Notes: a model not told the origin generated them from the sequence alone. DNA of 64,000 nucleotides from Cyanobacteria bacterium P01_F01_bin.150 (GCA_039189765.1 JBCCYL010000007.1:92553-156552), one strand, 5' to 3'. Positions 1 to 10,359 are shown, counted from the stretch's first letter. Translations and numbers: made by a program.

Positions 1-486
1 CAAGCAGCGATTAAAGCACGAGAATTAGCCCATGCCGCCAACCAACGAGTCGCCTTTACGTTGTCCGATCCCAATATGGTGAAATTCTTTAAGGACGGCT
101 TATTGGAGATTATTGGTCCCGGTGTAGACCTGCTATTTGCCAACGAGAGCGAAGCTCTGATGATGGCTGGTACCGAAAGTTTAGACGATGCGATCGCCTA
201 TCTCAAAACCCTCGCTAAACGGCTGGCTATTACCCTAGGACCCAAAGGCTCTGTTATCTTTGATGGCAACAACTTGCTTGAAATTGAACCTGTTCCCACC
301 CAGGCCGTAGACACCGTTGGCGCTGGCGATATCTACGCTGGTTCCGTATTATATGCAGTTACTCATGGTATGGGGTTCTTTGATGCAGGACGATTGGGCT
401 CCCTGGCCGCATCTCGTTTGGTATCCACGATTGGCCCCCGCCTGTCCACAGATCAGGTCAGTGATTTACTATGGGAAGTCTATTAA
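1..486 (+). CDS. PfkB-family carbohydrate/adenosine kinase (5'-truncated by window edge)
   Basis: Frame is open from base 1. Contains PfkB signature DTVGAGD and the FANESEA motif. Confidence 0.9.
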   Translation, partial: QAAIKARELAHAANQRVAFTLSDPNMVKFFKDGLLEIIGPGVDLLFANESEALMMAGTESLDDAIAYLKTLAKRLAITLGPKGSVIFDGNNLLEIEPVPTQAVDTVGAGDIYAGSVLYAVTHGMGFFDAGRLGSLAASRLVSTIGPRLSTDQVSDLLWEVY

Positions 487-614
487 TTCAATTAATTTAC
501 GAACTCTCAGAAATTTAGTTACAGGGCTATGAATGATGTAGATAACTGTTGCTAAATTAAAAGTCTTAGAGACTTCTACGGGCTTTCTGTAGCTTTATTC
601 CTGAAGCCTACTCA

Positions 615-1625
615 TTACTCTTTGCTTTTGGGCCATATTCTTATTCCAAATAAGACAATGGCCCAAATGGCTAAAGCGGGCAGAATTAGTATCGTCAACG
701 ATGAATCAAGGGACTCTAAATCTTCAATTCGCTGTAGATCATTCCACACTAGTTGCCCCAATGGGGTCAAATCATTCACATTAGCCCCGTCAAAGTAATG
801 ACCATGGCCTTCATCTTTTATTGTCAAATCATTTCTATCATTTGCGCTAAATACCCACACCATACGTCCGATTTCCCTTTGCTGTGCGGCGGTCATCATC
901 TGTTGAGATGCGGCTAAAGTAGAATGAGTGTTATTTACAGCCCCGTACTCTCCAACCATAATGGGGATATTACGCTCATGGAGCTGGTCAAAGTAGATGC
1001 CGATATCATTTTGATTCCACTGATCATACACATGAATGGAAAATAAAATATTTTCATTTTCATCTATAAGTTCAAACCCGTGGTTTAGGATAGTTTGGCT
1101 GTAAAAATCCTGTCCCCATGCTTCCCCATCTATCACAATAATATTATTAGCGCCTTCCGCCCGAATAATATCAATCAATTCGCGATGATAGGCAATCCAT
1201 TGCTGAGGATTAGCATTCTTTTTTCCCGGTTCATTATGTAAGTTAAACCATACATAAGGATTATCTTTAAAGAGTATGGCCATTTCACGCCAATATTGCT
1301 TTAAGGTCTCAAATTCCTCTCCCTGATAATAACGACCTACACGATCGTGGGCATCGAAAATAACAACCGTTTTCTGGTGAGAATATCCTTGAGTAAACCT
1401 TTGAACAATTTGTTGGTTTGTTCTATACTCGTCTACCTCGGGATGAGGTTGGTCATAACTCCCTAAAAGAAAATTGGGAACACGAATGGCGTTAAATCCC
1501 CAGTCTATGACAATAGAATTAGCACTATCTGTGCCTTCCCACGCAAACATATTGGTCCCTTTGACAATAAACTCGTTGCCATCCGGGGCATAAATTTTGG
1601 TATCGATGACGCGAAACTGAGCCAT
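615..1625 (-). CDS. Glycoside hydrolase family 5 (cellulase/mannanase-like) with C-terminal hydrophobic tail
   Basis: GH5 catalytic motifs HNEP and VGEYG, plus FSIHVY. C-terminal LTILILPALAIWAIVLFGI followed by basic residues. Confidence 0.85.
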   Translation of the reverse strand: MAQFRVIDTKIYAPDGNEFIVKGTNMFAWEGTDSANSIVIDWGFNAIRVPNFLLGSYDQPHPEVDEYRTNQQIVQRFTQGYSHQKTVVIFDAHDRVGRYYQGEEFETLKQYWREMAILFKDNPYVWFNLHNEPGKKNANPQQWIAYHRELIDIIRAEGANNIIVIDGEAWGQDFYSQTILNHGFELIDENENILFSIHVYDQWNQNDIGIYFDQLHERNIPIMVGEYGAVNNTHSTLAASQQMMTAAQQREIGRMVWVFSANDRNDLTIKDEGHGHYFDGANVNDLTPLGQLVWNDLQRIEDLESLDSSLTILILPALAIWAIVLFGIRIWPKSKE

Positions 1626-1895
1626 AAACTTAATGTCTAATCTGTTCTAACGGGCTTGTATTTTAAGGCAAGTTTCTGAAGCACGGAGCGCCTGAGAAAC
1701 TCGTTCAGTTCTTCCCGACTTAAGTTTTAAGCCTTCTGACGATACCATAAAGAAAAATGCCCTAGAACAAATTCAAGGTCGGCAACGAAAAGCCTCTAAT
1801 CAAATCCAGTTAGGGTTTGCACAAGTTAGCTTGGTTTGCTCTATTAAAAAGTCAGTGTTTGAACAGACTTGCCCGTTATCATTTCGTCAGAACCC

Positions 1896-2483
1896 ATGGA
1901 CACAAAACCTCAACTAAGTGATCGCGTAAAAGAACTCATTGGCAAAGCTAGAATTGTCAGCTTTGCAACGTGGACAGAAACCCATCCGTTAGACCTACTT
2001 CAACGTTTTCAGCATGCTGATGATGAGCGTCAATATTTAACGGATGAAGATTTAGACGCTATTCGTCAGTATGATCCACATATGACAGAGGTTTTGAAGG
2101 CTGTGGTAATGTTGCGCGATCGCGCCGCAGACATTATTGATGAGGCTCGGGCGGCAGTTTTGGTTCAATTTCCGACCATTCTGGACCCAGGTGGCGGTCT
2201 TTATCCTCCTATGCGAGCTGAAGCTTGCTGGCGTGATTTTTGGCAATTTTTACGCTGCATTACCTACGGTATTGCTGGACAGCATATAGATTACACAAGC
2301 GATCAAGGCTTACATTATATGAATATGCTCTATCAAGAACTTCAGGTTCCTCTAGATGCGATGGTAGTGGGTTTAGAGAACGTTAAGGTGGCATCATTGA
2401 AACGACTAGAATCACCATCTCAACAAAAGGATATTGCTCCTTATTTTGAGCATCTGCTTGGGCAATTGCGGCAGTTTCAGTAA
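1896..2483 (+). CDS. Orphan phycobiliprotein-fold (allophycocyanin-like) protein
   Basis: ADDERQYL, PGGGLYP and ACWRDFWQFLRCITYG resemble the phycobiliprotein globin fold around the chromophore Cys. ATG 1896 preferred over TTG 1869. Confidence 0.8.
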   Translation: MDTKPQLSDRVKELIGKARIVSFATWTETHPLDLLQRFQHADDERQYLTDEDLDAIRQYDPHMTEVLKAVVMLRDRAADIIDEARAAVLVQFPTILDPGGGLYPPMRAEACWRDFWQFLRCITYGIAGQHIDYTSDQGLHYMNMLYQELQVPLDAMVVGLENVKVASLKRLESPSQQKDIAPYFEHLLGQLRQFQ

Positions 2484-2632
2484 TGGGTGACATGAAAATA
2501 GACGAGAAAGTGTTAAAAAGTATCTTTTTGTCGAACTGTTCCCACAAAATCTTGGATATCAACGCTTAATGTGATTTGATTAGGTGCTTAAACATAACTT
2601 ATTAGTCCTTTGATTTATGTTTTAACACAAAA

Positions 2633-2648
2633 AGTGATTAAGATCACA
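2633..2648. promoter_or_regulatory. CRP/SyCRP1-like binding site
   Basis: AGTGA-TTAAGA-TCACA versus consensus TGTGA-N6-TCACA (1 mismatch), upstream of the candidate sRNA. Confidence 0.45.
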
Positions 2649-2701
2649 GTCGCAAATGATCCAGATCGTGTCACTTTCGGGATAATCTAGGCATACTGTA
2701 A

Positions 2702-2784
2702 ATGACTCAACTCTAGCCGAGTCATCAACAGGGAACACACGACTGGCCGACAACTCCTCTGCGCGGAGAGTGTCGGTTTTTTTT
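2702..2784 (+). ncRNA. Candidate small RNA (possibly PsrR1/SyR1-like) ending in an intrinsic terminator
   Basis: -10-like CATACT at 2692-2697. 5' hairpin ATGACTC/GAGTCAT, then a single-stranded CAACAGGGAACACACG, then a GC stem CCGACA...TGTCGG and T8. No ORF. Family assignment is from memory only. Confidence 0.55.
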
Positions 2785-2950
2785 GCCTAAATGTCTGGTC
2801 ATTGCTCAAGATAATTCCTTGTCCGAATCATGCAATATCGGTTATCTCACCTATACTCCCGTAGAGCCTCTCGATAAGATAAGCCCATAGACACAAACAA
2901 CCGTTTACTTCTAGAGACCAGCCTTTAGCCTACATGAGGGGGATTTCAAA

Positions 2951-3331
2951 ATGGCATTGAACCAGGTTCGCGATACACTGACCACCGTCTACGATCAAGA
3001 TAAGCGTAGATTGCTCTCAGCCTTATCCCACGGCTCTATTTTCTTTAGCACTTTGTTGTTCTCTATCGGCGTTCCGATCGCTATCCTTTTGATCTCAGAT
3101 GACCCTGTGGTCAAAGATAACGCGCGGGAAGCCATTAACTTCTCCTTTAATGTCTGGTTCTGGGGCGGGGTGATTGGGGCTCTGTCTTTCTTGACCTTGG
3201 GTTTACTGGGCTTTTTCCTTATTCCCCTTGGATTTATCTGGCACTGGGGATTCACCATTTGGGCCACTATGAGCACTCTAAATAACCCAAATGAACCCTT
3301 CCGTTATTCGTTTATTTTTCGTCTTCTATAA
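2951..3331 (+). CDS. DUF4870-like small membrane protein
   Basis: LSALSHGSIF...VKDNAREAINF...PFRYSFI pattern with three hydrophobic segments. RBS GAGGGG. Confidence 0.8.
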   Translation: MALNQVRDTLTTVYDQDKRRLLSALSHGSIFFSTLLFSIGVPIAILLISDDPVVKDNAREAINFSFNVWFWGGVIGALSFLTLGLLGFFLIPLGFIWHWGFTIWATMSTLNNPNEPFRYSFIFRLL

Positions 3332-3425
3332 AGAAGCATTGCTAACGAAGTGCTTGTAAATTAGGTCTTAGAAAGTGCGTTATGGATTTGTATCCTGCGT
3401 ACTTTTTTAAGCAAATGATGATTGC

Positions 3426-5594
3426 CTAGTCGTTTAGAATCTCACGCATTGTTTGGGCCAGCTGCATTGCATCAGCATTTTCGGGTTCCAGACTCAAGGC
3501 TCGATCAACAGAGTCCAGAGCCGCGCTGAACTGTTGCAGTCCCCATAGAGCAGCTCCACGATTGCTCCAAGCCTCTGAAAGACTTGGGTCAAGCGCGATC
3601 GCCTCATCAAATGCATCCACCGCCTTTTGAAGCTTATCCATCCGCAACAAAGCCGTTCCTTTATTATTCCAGGCTTCTGCAAAGGCAGGATCTTTTTTAA
3701 TCGCCTTGTCATACAGCTTGATCGCATCCTTGTACTCTTGCTGTTGTTCCAGAGCATATCCCTTACTCCATAAGGCCCGTGAGTGATCTTTGTCTAGATC
3801 GATAGCTTGATCGCAGGCTGCAATTGCTTCATCAAAGCGCTGGAGAGCATTAAGGCTGTAGCATTGCCCCACATAGGCTTCAGTCGCATCTGGGTAGGCT
3901 GCGATCGCCCGTTCATAGAGGACTAGGGCTTCTGAATATTGCCCTGCATCCTGTAGCTGTACTGCCTGTGTTAACTGGGCTGTAAGAGGAGAAATAGCAT
4001 TATCAATGTGGGATGGTGGTGTTATGACAGTGGAACCCTCTATCGGATTAGAACTACTTGATGGTTGAGTCTGGTTAAGGTAGGCAGATGGTGATGGTCC
4101 GTCAATAGAAGGAAATGAACTGGAGGAAGGCTGGGGTTCAGCCTGATGCGTAGGTGTTGAACTCTGATCATCCGTTGCTGCTTCCGAGCCTGGTATATGA
4201 CCGGCTGTCTCCGATGCAGAGGAGTTCGTTTGGGCAATAGTAGGAGACAGCGGTGAGGGTTCTAAACCAGATTTTCCTAAAATTACTCCTATGATTAACG
4301 CGCCAAGAACGGCGATTGCTGCTGGGAACACTCTCCTATATGGTCCTAGAGGACTTCTTGTGTGAATAAAAGGTTGAGGATTTGTGACTAGCTCTGTCGT
4401 CCCAGTGGTTTTCGTCATCCTATGACTTATGCCATGACCGTTATGGCTATGTTCTTTGGAAATATCCATGCGTTGACCTACAACCCGCTGGGTTCGGGCC
4501 AATTCCATACTGGGGATAGAACTGGATATGCCCTCATGGGGCATCGAAGAATCAACAGATGAATCTTGGGTAGGAAAAGACGGAGCAACCACCAGGGTTG
4601 ATTCGGTCGATTGTTCCTTGGCACTAGCTTGTAAGGAAACAGAAGTATGGCCAGCTTGCTGACTATCAGCGTGATCCTTAGCTTGGTCATTTTGAACAGG
4701 GTTGGAAAGGCTAGCCGGAATCGCTTGCACTAGCTCCTCAGGCAGTTTTTTTAGGGCATTAAACGCATCGGCAGCTATGGCATATCGAGAGCGAAAATCA
4801 TACCGAACCATTTTGTCTAAAAAGGCGACCAATTCTGGACGGACTTGTTCTGCATAATCATGCCAATTCAACTCCCCTGTAGTGGGATCGGGTGTCAGCA
4901 TGCGAGGGTGGCGTCTAGTCAGCAGTTGGATTCCCATAACGCCTACTGCATATAGATCGCTGCTAAATTGAGGCATGCCAACAATTTGTTCGTTAGGCAT
5001 GTATCCCTGGGTACCGATGGAAATCGTATGACTGATGCTTGTCTCTGAATTGATCAGTTGGGTACTCGCCTGCTTAACCGCTCCAAAATCAATCAATACA
5101 ATTCGCTGATCGCGGCGACGACGCATTAGATTAGAGGGTTTTAGATCTCGATGGATGACCCGCTGTTGATGAACAACAGATAGGGTCCCTAAAACATCCC
5201 CTAGAAATGTCACAACCTGGCTATCTGTCCAGCGTTTGGTCGTTGTAAATTCTTCGGATAGGGAATGCCCTTCAATCAATTCTTGGGCAAGGTAAAATTC
5301 ATTCTTGTCTTCGAAGTGAGCCAACAGTTGGGGAATTTGAGGGTGGGTACCCAAGGCATAGAGAACCTTAGCTTCTGTATCAAACAATCGCCGTGCTACT
5401 TGCAGCGCTTGGGCACTTTCGACGTGGGGCTTGAGCTGCTTAATGACACAGGTTGGCTGCCCAGGCAGATGTAGGTCCTGGGCCAAAAAGGTATGGCCAA
5501 AGCCCCCTGCTCCTAGTTCTTGAATAATTTTGTAGTGTCCCCCCAAGGGGGGCTTGGAACGCAACTGTAGCGATCGCAAAAAATTTAATGCCAT
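3426..5594 (-). CDS. Ser/Thr protein kinase with TM segment and C-terminal TPR repeats
   Basis: GAGGFG, VIKQL, HRDLKPSN, DFG and GTQGY kinase motifs. TM VFPAAIAVLGALIIGVIL. TPR repeats of the AWNNKG/AWSNRG type. Confidence 0.95.
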   Translation of the reverse strand: MALNFLRSLQLRSKPPLGGHYKIIQELGAGGFGHTFLAQDLHLPGQPTCVIKQLKPHVESAQALQVARRLFDTEAKVLYALGTHPQIPQLLAHFEDKNEFYLAQELIEGHSLSEEFTTTKRWTDSQVVTFLGDVLGTLSVVHQQRVIHRDLKPSNLMRRRRDQRIVLIDFGAVKQASTQLINSETSISHTISIGTQGYMPNEQIVGMPQFSSDLYAVGVMGIQLLTRRHPRMLTPDPTTGELNWHDYAEQVRPELVAFLDKMVRYDFRSRYAIAADAFNALKKLPEELVQAIPASLSNPVQNDQAKDHADSQQAGHTSVSLQASAKEQSTESTLVVAPSFPTQDSSVDSSMPHEGISSSIPSMELARTQRVVGQRMDISKEHSHNGHGISHRMTKTTGTTELVTNPQPFIHTRSPLGPYRRVFPAAIAVLGALIIGVILGKSGLEPSPLSPTIAQTNSSASETAGHIPGSEAATDDQSSTPTHQAEPQPSSSSFPSIDGPSPSAYLNQTQPSSSSNPIEGSTVITPPSHIDNAISPLTAQLTQAVQLQDAGQYSEALVLYERAIAAYPDATEAYVGQCYSLNALQRFDEAIAACDQAIDLDKDHSRALWSKGYALEQQQEYKDAIKLYDKAIKKDPAFAEAWNNKGTALLRMDKLQKAVDAFDEAIALDPSLSEAWSNRGAALWGLQQFSAALDSVDRALSLEPENADAMQLAQTMREILND

Positions 5595-5664
5595 TATTTT
5601 AACGTCGTTATTAATCGGTAGATTTGTCAGCTAGAAAACGAGTAAGAGATGTACGACCCTACTG

Positions 5665-7767
5665 TCATCTCTTCTGTTTCGCTAGCGGCTTATTTCGATG
5701 AAATTGGTAGATATGGTCACCATCTTCGAATCCCTTTAGACTCGATTCGCCATTTTTAAGTGCTTGATGAATAAAGCCCTGTTGCAAAAGCCACTGACCA
5801 ATGAGCAAGGCATCTTCCCTTGCATAGTCTCTCTGTTGCATAATCCATTCGACGGCATCTGTGCCAGTAAAACAATCGGGATAGGTGCGGGAACCATAGG
5901 TGCGATCGCTTAATTCCATGCCTTTGGCCGTTTCATCGTATCCCTGCATTGCGTCTGCCAATGATTCTAGATCCAAATCAGGAGAAACTTTTGACAGAAT
6001 TGGCTCCTGTTCATTTAAAGCTTTTGGCGCTGACAGTTGGTTTGACGCTTGATCTGCAAGGGACAGTGCTTGTTGGCCAGTAGATCTGTCATTAATGCTT
6101 TCCTTGCTAGGTGGGGAAGTGGCCGGTAGAACTGATGGTTGATGTGATTCTGAATGTTTAGGACCTATCGATTTTGGCTCTAAAGGTGACATATTTATAT
6201 GATGCTTCAGAATACCCACTAGTTCCTCTAAGTGGGGCGATTGCAAATGTAAATCCCTTTGAGGAAAGGGAATCTGAATATCATTACGGCGCAAGCTGGC
6301 TTCAATTTCATAATTCAGATCACTGCGGACCTGTGCTTGTTTACGGGGTTCCCCTGTCCAAACCAATACTTCAAACTGGAGGTCACTATCGCCAAATCCT
6401 TGGAAAAAAACATCTGGTTTGGGTCTAAGCAGAACTTCAGGATGCTTGCGCACTGCTCCAAGCAGTGTTTGCTTCACAAGGGTAATATCAGATCCGTAGG
6501 CTACTCCAATCGGAATGTGGAGACGTGATACGGAGTTGCCATGGCTCCAGTTAATTACTTCACTTTCCAAAAAACGAGAATTAGGAATAATAATCGTCAC
6601 CTGATCCAGAGTGCGTAATTCGGTGCTGCGCGCCCCAATATTAACCACCGTCCCTTCGCGATCGCCCACATTAATAAAATCCCCTACTTGAATGGGCCGT
6701 TCTAAGGTGATAATAAATCCGCTAATAAAATTGTTAGTGATATTTTGGACCCCAAAACCAATTCCCACACCTAACACACTGGCTAGGATCGTGAGGGAGC
6801 TGGCATCGATCCCCCATACCTGCAGCAAAATCACAACCCCTAAAAAAATTAGGGCATACTGAATCACCACGCTGAGGATATCTTGGATTCGCTGCTCCAG
6901 ACGTGCTTGGTTCAAAACGTAGGTGCGAAACAAATAGGTTAGCAAATTTGTCCCAAACCACAAGATGATCGTGCCAATTACTAGGCGAATTAAGTTGAGC
7001 GCTGAGTACCGGACATCACCCAGTTGGATAATATCTGCGCTCAGCAGATTGACCACTGCGTAACGGACAATTCGAGTCTCCGGAAAAATATCCGTAATAT
7101 AGAAGGCAACGACCAGCCATAATCCTGCCTTGAGGCCAAAACTGCCGAGGTGCCAAAACATTTTAACGGGCTTTTCCAACTCCTGAAATTGACCAGAGTC
7201 GTATTCAAACCAACGTTTCACATATCGATAGCCCGTGCGGCCAAGAACCCAGATAATCATTTGAAGGGCGATCGCCCCTATCAAAGCAATCGCACTATAC
7301 GTTTTGGCTTGGTGACGGTAAGCGGGTTGACGCTCTTGTTGTCCTTGACGTAGGGCTGATTGCAATTCCTTGGCCCATTTTTCTGCCTGTTTACGGCGAT
7401 CACCGCCAGGAATCGTTACATCAGCATCCGTCACCGTAATCAAGATATCTTGATTAGATTGGCTTCTGAGATAGACTTGATCCCGCTCTCGATCGCCATC
7501 TACTCGAATAGTGGCTTGGGCTTCAGCGATCACTTCACGCAGTAGTTCCTTATTAATATGGTCAGCTCGCTGACTAGCGGTAAATTTCTCCGTATCCTTG
7601 ACCGTAAAAATGATGTTGCCGTCTACTACCACCGCCGCATCCTCTCCATCAAGAGGCGTAAGTTGGGCTAAGCTGGGCGGCATCTGACAGGCATGAACAG
7701 CAATGACTAAAACCATTGTCACTATTACGGTCACCCATCGCGTCCATTTGGACCTCACCATGTCCAC
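5665..7767 (-). CDS. MscS-family mechanosensitive channel with N-terminal periplasmic domain and C-terminal DEP domain
   Basis: LGVGIGFGVQNITNNFISG, ERPIQVGD and IPFPQR (MscS). C-terminal YPDCFTGTDAVEWI...GQWLLQQGFIH...FEDGDHIYQF (DEP). Confidence 0.9.
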   Translation of the reverse strand: MDMVRSKWTRWVTVIVTMVLVIAVHACQMPPSLAQLTPLDGEDAAVVVDGNIIFTVKDTEKFTASQRADHINKELLREVIAEAQATIRVDGDRERDQVYLRSQSNQDILITVTDADVTIPGGDRRKQAEKWAKELQSALRQGQQERQPAYRHQAKTYSAIALIGAIALQMIIWVLGRTGYRYVKRWFEYDSGQFQELEKPVKMFWHLGSFGLKAGLWLVVAFYITDIFPETRIVRYAVVNLLSADIIQLGDVRYSALNLIRLVIGTIILWFGTNLLTYLFRTYVLNQARLEQRIQDILSVVIQYALIFLGVVILLQVWGIDASSLTILASVLGVGIGFGVQNITNNFISGFIITLERPIQVGDFINVGDREGTVVNIGARSTELRTLDQVTIIIPNSRFLESEVINWSHGNSVSRLHIPIGVAYGSDITLVKQTLLGAVRKHPEVLLRPKPDVFFQGFGDSDLQFEVLVWTGEPRKQAQVRSDLNYEIEASLRRNDIQIPFPQRDLHLQSPHLEELVGILKHHINMSPLEPKSIGPKHSESHQPSVLPATSPPSKESINDRSTGQQALSLADQASNQLSAPKALNEQEPILSKVSPDLDLESLADAMQGYDETAKGMELSDRTYGSRTYPDCFTGTDAVEWIMQQRDYAREDALLIGQWLLQQGFIHQALKNGESSLKGFEDGDHIYQFHRNKPLAKQKR

Positions 7768-7801
7768 CTAAATTCCTTTAGTATTGCCAGCAGTTTAAGC
7801 T

Positions 7802-8407
7802 CTAATACCCATTTTTAGTCATATCAATGCTATCCGAGGACTCAAGTCGTTCACTTAGTAAATGTGGAACGACGATACTCGACTCCACTGTTGGCCTCGC
7901 ATTTTTGAGGAGAAGTTGAGCGATCGCCCAGGTGCCCCAACCTAATAGGGCTAGCACCAGGCCTCCTATTAACCAGACGGCGATCGCATTAGGATTAGTT
8001 CCCGTTTGGGTCTTAGCCATATAACTTCGCTCAACGCTGAGTTCGGTCGCATTGGTTTCCCGATCCTTCACCAACTCCACCGTAATTTTGAATGGCCCAA
8101 TTCTTACCGTGTCTTTAATGGTAAAAATTTGGCTATCTTGACGCACCGGTCTGCCATTGAGGAACGTGCCATTGGCACTTTTATCGGTAATCTGGAGTTG
8201 CTGATTAATCACGTTAATTAACGCATGGTATCGGGACACCTGTTTATGATCAAGTTCTAGATGTGAAACAGGCTGGTTCCCAAATGAATCGGGCATTTGA
8301 GCGATTTCACGACCGATGGCAACAGGAGATTGACAGACTGAATGATGAGGGGTTCCGGTTGTTGGATCATCCCAAGTTAGTTGGATTAACACAGGCTTAT
8401 TTGGCAT
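7802..8407 (-). CDS. FHA domain protein with C-terminal TM helix
   Basis: IGR, VSRYHA and SANGTFLNG FHA motifs. Hydrophobic AIAVWLIGGLVLALLGWGTW. Confidence 0.9.
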   Translation of the reverse strand: MPNKPVLIQLTWDDPTTGTPHHSVCQSPVAIGREIAQMPDSFGNQPVSHLELDHKQVSRYHALINVINQQLQITDKSANGTFLNGRPVRQDSQIFTIKDTVRIGPFKITVELVKDRETNATELSVERSYMAKTQTGTNPNAIAVWLIGGLVLALLGWGTWAIAQLLLKNARPTVESSIVVPHLLSERLESSDSIDMTKNGY

Positions 8408-8594
8408 ATGGGCCTCTCAACTCTTGTCGCACTGAACACATGTCACTTTTAATTTGTACTGGACTTTTACTCAAACGTCCAAACAGTTCCAGACAAAATC
8501 AGGATAGTTGAAGCGTTTTGAACCGCAGAAGCTTTTGGCCTATTTCGCCGCCGACTTAAGTTTTAAACCCTCCAAGTTCGGCAAAGAAGCTAGC

Positions 8595-9713
8595 TTAAAC
8601 CTGATGCTGAAGATATTTGATCGCAATATCCAAGATCCGTTGGGACGATTGACCATCCCCAAACGGGTTGATCGCAGTAGCCATTTGTTGATATTTAGCC
8701 TCGTTAGTCAATAACTCAGTAGCTTCTTTTAATAAGATATCTGAGCTAGTTCCAATTAACTTAGCAGTGCCTGCGGTCACAGCTTCAGGCCGCTCTGTTG
8801 TCTCCCGTAAAATCAACACAGGTTTACCCAAGCTGGGGGCCTCTTCCTGAAGACCGCCTGAATCAGTCATTAACAAATAACAACGTTGAATTGCCCCTAC
8901 AAGTTGAGTGTAGTCCAGGGGCTCAATCAAAAATGTCCGCGCATGGTCACCTAAAATAGCCTTCAGGGGTTCTCTCACGGTAGGATTACGATGAAGTGGC
9001 AAAACTAACGCGGTATCTGGGAACGTATCTAAAATCTTTAGAAACCCATTGGCAATCTCTTCTAGCGGCGAACCCCAGTTCTCTCGGCGATGAACAGTGG
9101 ATAAGATCGTTCGATATTTACTCCAATCCATTCCAGGGACAGAGCATTCGGGCGATCGCCCTGCAACATCTAACAATGCATCAATTACCGTGTTTCCAGT
9201 CAGATAAATCTCACCCGTCGTTCCAGACTGTTTAAGATGCCCTACGGCAACATCCGTCGGGGCAAAATGCAGCTGAGCAACTTGAGAAATTAATCGGCGA
9301 TTCGCCTCTTCAGGAAACGGATCATAAATATTATCCGTACGTAACCCTGCTTCTACATGGCCCACTGGAATTTTTTGATAGAAAGCAGCCAGTGCAGCTG
9401 CAAATGCGGTTGTTGTATCACCCTGAACCAATACCAAATTGGGTTGAAGCGTTTGCAATAAAGTCTGTAAGCCATCTAAGCTGCGACAGGTAATATCTGT
9501 AAGCGACTGTTTTGGCTGCATAATGGCCAAATCTTCGTCAGCCGTCAACTCAAACATTCCCATTACTTGGTCTACCATCTCTCGATGCTGTCCAGTCAAG
9601 ACAACACAGGTCTTGACCTGTTCAGATTTCTTAAAGGCTTGAATGACTGGGGCTAACTTAATCGCCTCTGGACGAGTGCCCAAAACAATGCAAACCTTAA
9701 ATGGCTTAGTCAT
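8595..9713 (-). CDS. wecB: UDP-N-acetylglucosamine 2-epimerase (non-hydrolysing)
   Basis: GTRPEAIK, GHVEAGLR, TDSGGLQEEAP and NPFGDG motifs. Confidence 0.97.
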   Translation of the reverse strand: MTKPFKVCIVLGTRPEAIKLAPVIQAFKKSEQVKTCVVLTGQHREMVDQVMGMFELTADEDLAIMQPKQSLTDITCRSLDGLQTLLQTLQPNLVLVQGDTTTAFAAALAAFYQKIPVGHVEAGLRTDNIYDPFPEEANRRLISQVAQLHFAPTDVAVGHLKQSGTTGEIYLTGNTVIDALLDVAGRSPECSVPGMDWSKYRTILSTVHRRENWGSPLEEIANGFLKILDTFPDTALVLPLHRNPTVREPLKAILGDHARTFLIEPLDYTQLVGAIQRCYLLMTDSGGLQEEAPSLGKPVLILRETTERPEAVTAGTAKLIGTSSDILLKEATELLTNEAKYQQMATAINPFGDGQSSQRILDIAIKYLQHQV

Positions 9714-9891
9714 GTAAGTAGTCCTTAAATACGGCTCAATGCTATGAGTCCTAAATATGGTACTTGGAAAAAATAGCTATCGACGAGAGGTGATGTCAGG
9801 ATCAATTAGGTCTGAGGGTAAGCTATTCCACAAGTTGCTATCGAATAATTTTGCTACAGCGCCTATAATGCTAGGTACACGATCTACCAGC

Positions 9892-10359
9892 TTATACGAT
9901 GATGCTTGGGCCTTGTTGCTTCAGACTTTGAATATGGCTTTTGATAGATGCCTGTAGATTATTGCGAAAGATTTCAATTCCATCCTCGAGATTATCAGGG
10001 GTCTCAAAAAAGATGACGCTATCTACCGTTTTTATCGCTAACATGTGAAAAAGTATATGCGTCACAGGGATCGGCAACGGTTCAATAGTTGGGTTGCTCA
10101 TAATTTGACTACCAACCTCAGCGTCTTTAAGGGTGGGATAGACTGAAATGATATGTTTTTCTGTCGATGGCATATTCCGACTTTTCAGGGTGACCATTAA
10201 CCAATTTCCATCTACCGTTCTTGGAACGTAGTACGCAGGATGTTTTAGCTTTTCTGCCATTGATTTGATAGCGGGAGCGATCGCCCTCATAAGGGCAGGG
10301 GTCGTACCGTCTTGGGGTGCATTATCAATAAGTTCTTGGATTTGTGAATCTAGGTTCAT
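9892..10359 (-). CDS. Conserved cyanobacterial hypothetical protein
   Basis: Intact 155-aa ORF (LIDNAPQDGTTP...PVTHILF) co-oriented with wecB. Confidence 0.7.
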   Translation of the reverse strand: MNLDSQIQELIDNAPQDGTTPALMRAIAPAIKSMAEKLKHPAYYVPRTVDGNWLMVTLKSRNMPSTEKHIISVYPTLKDAEVGSQIMSNPTIEPLPIPVTHILFHMLAIKTVDSVIFFETPDNLEDGIEIFRNNLQASIKSHIQSLKQQGPSIIV

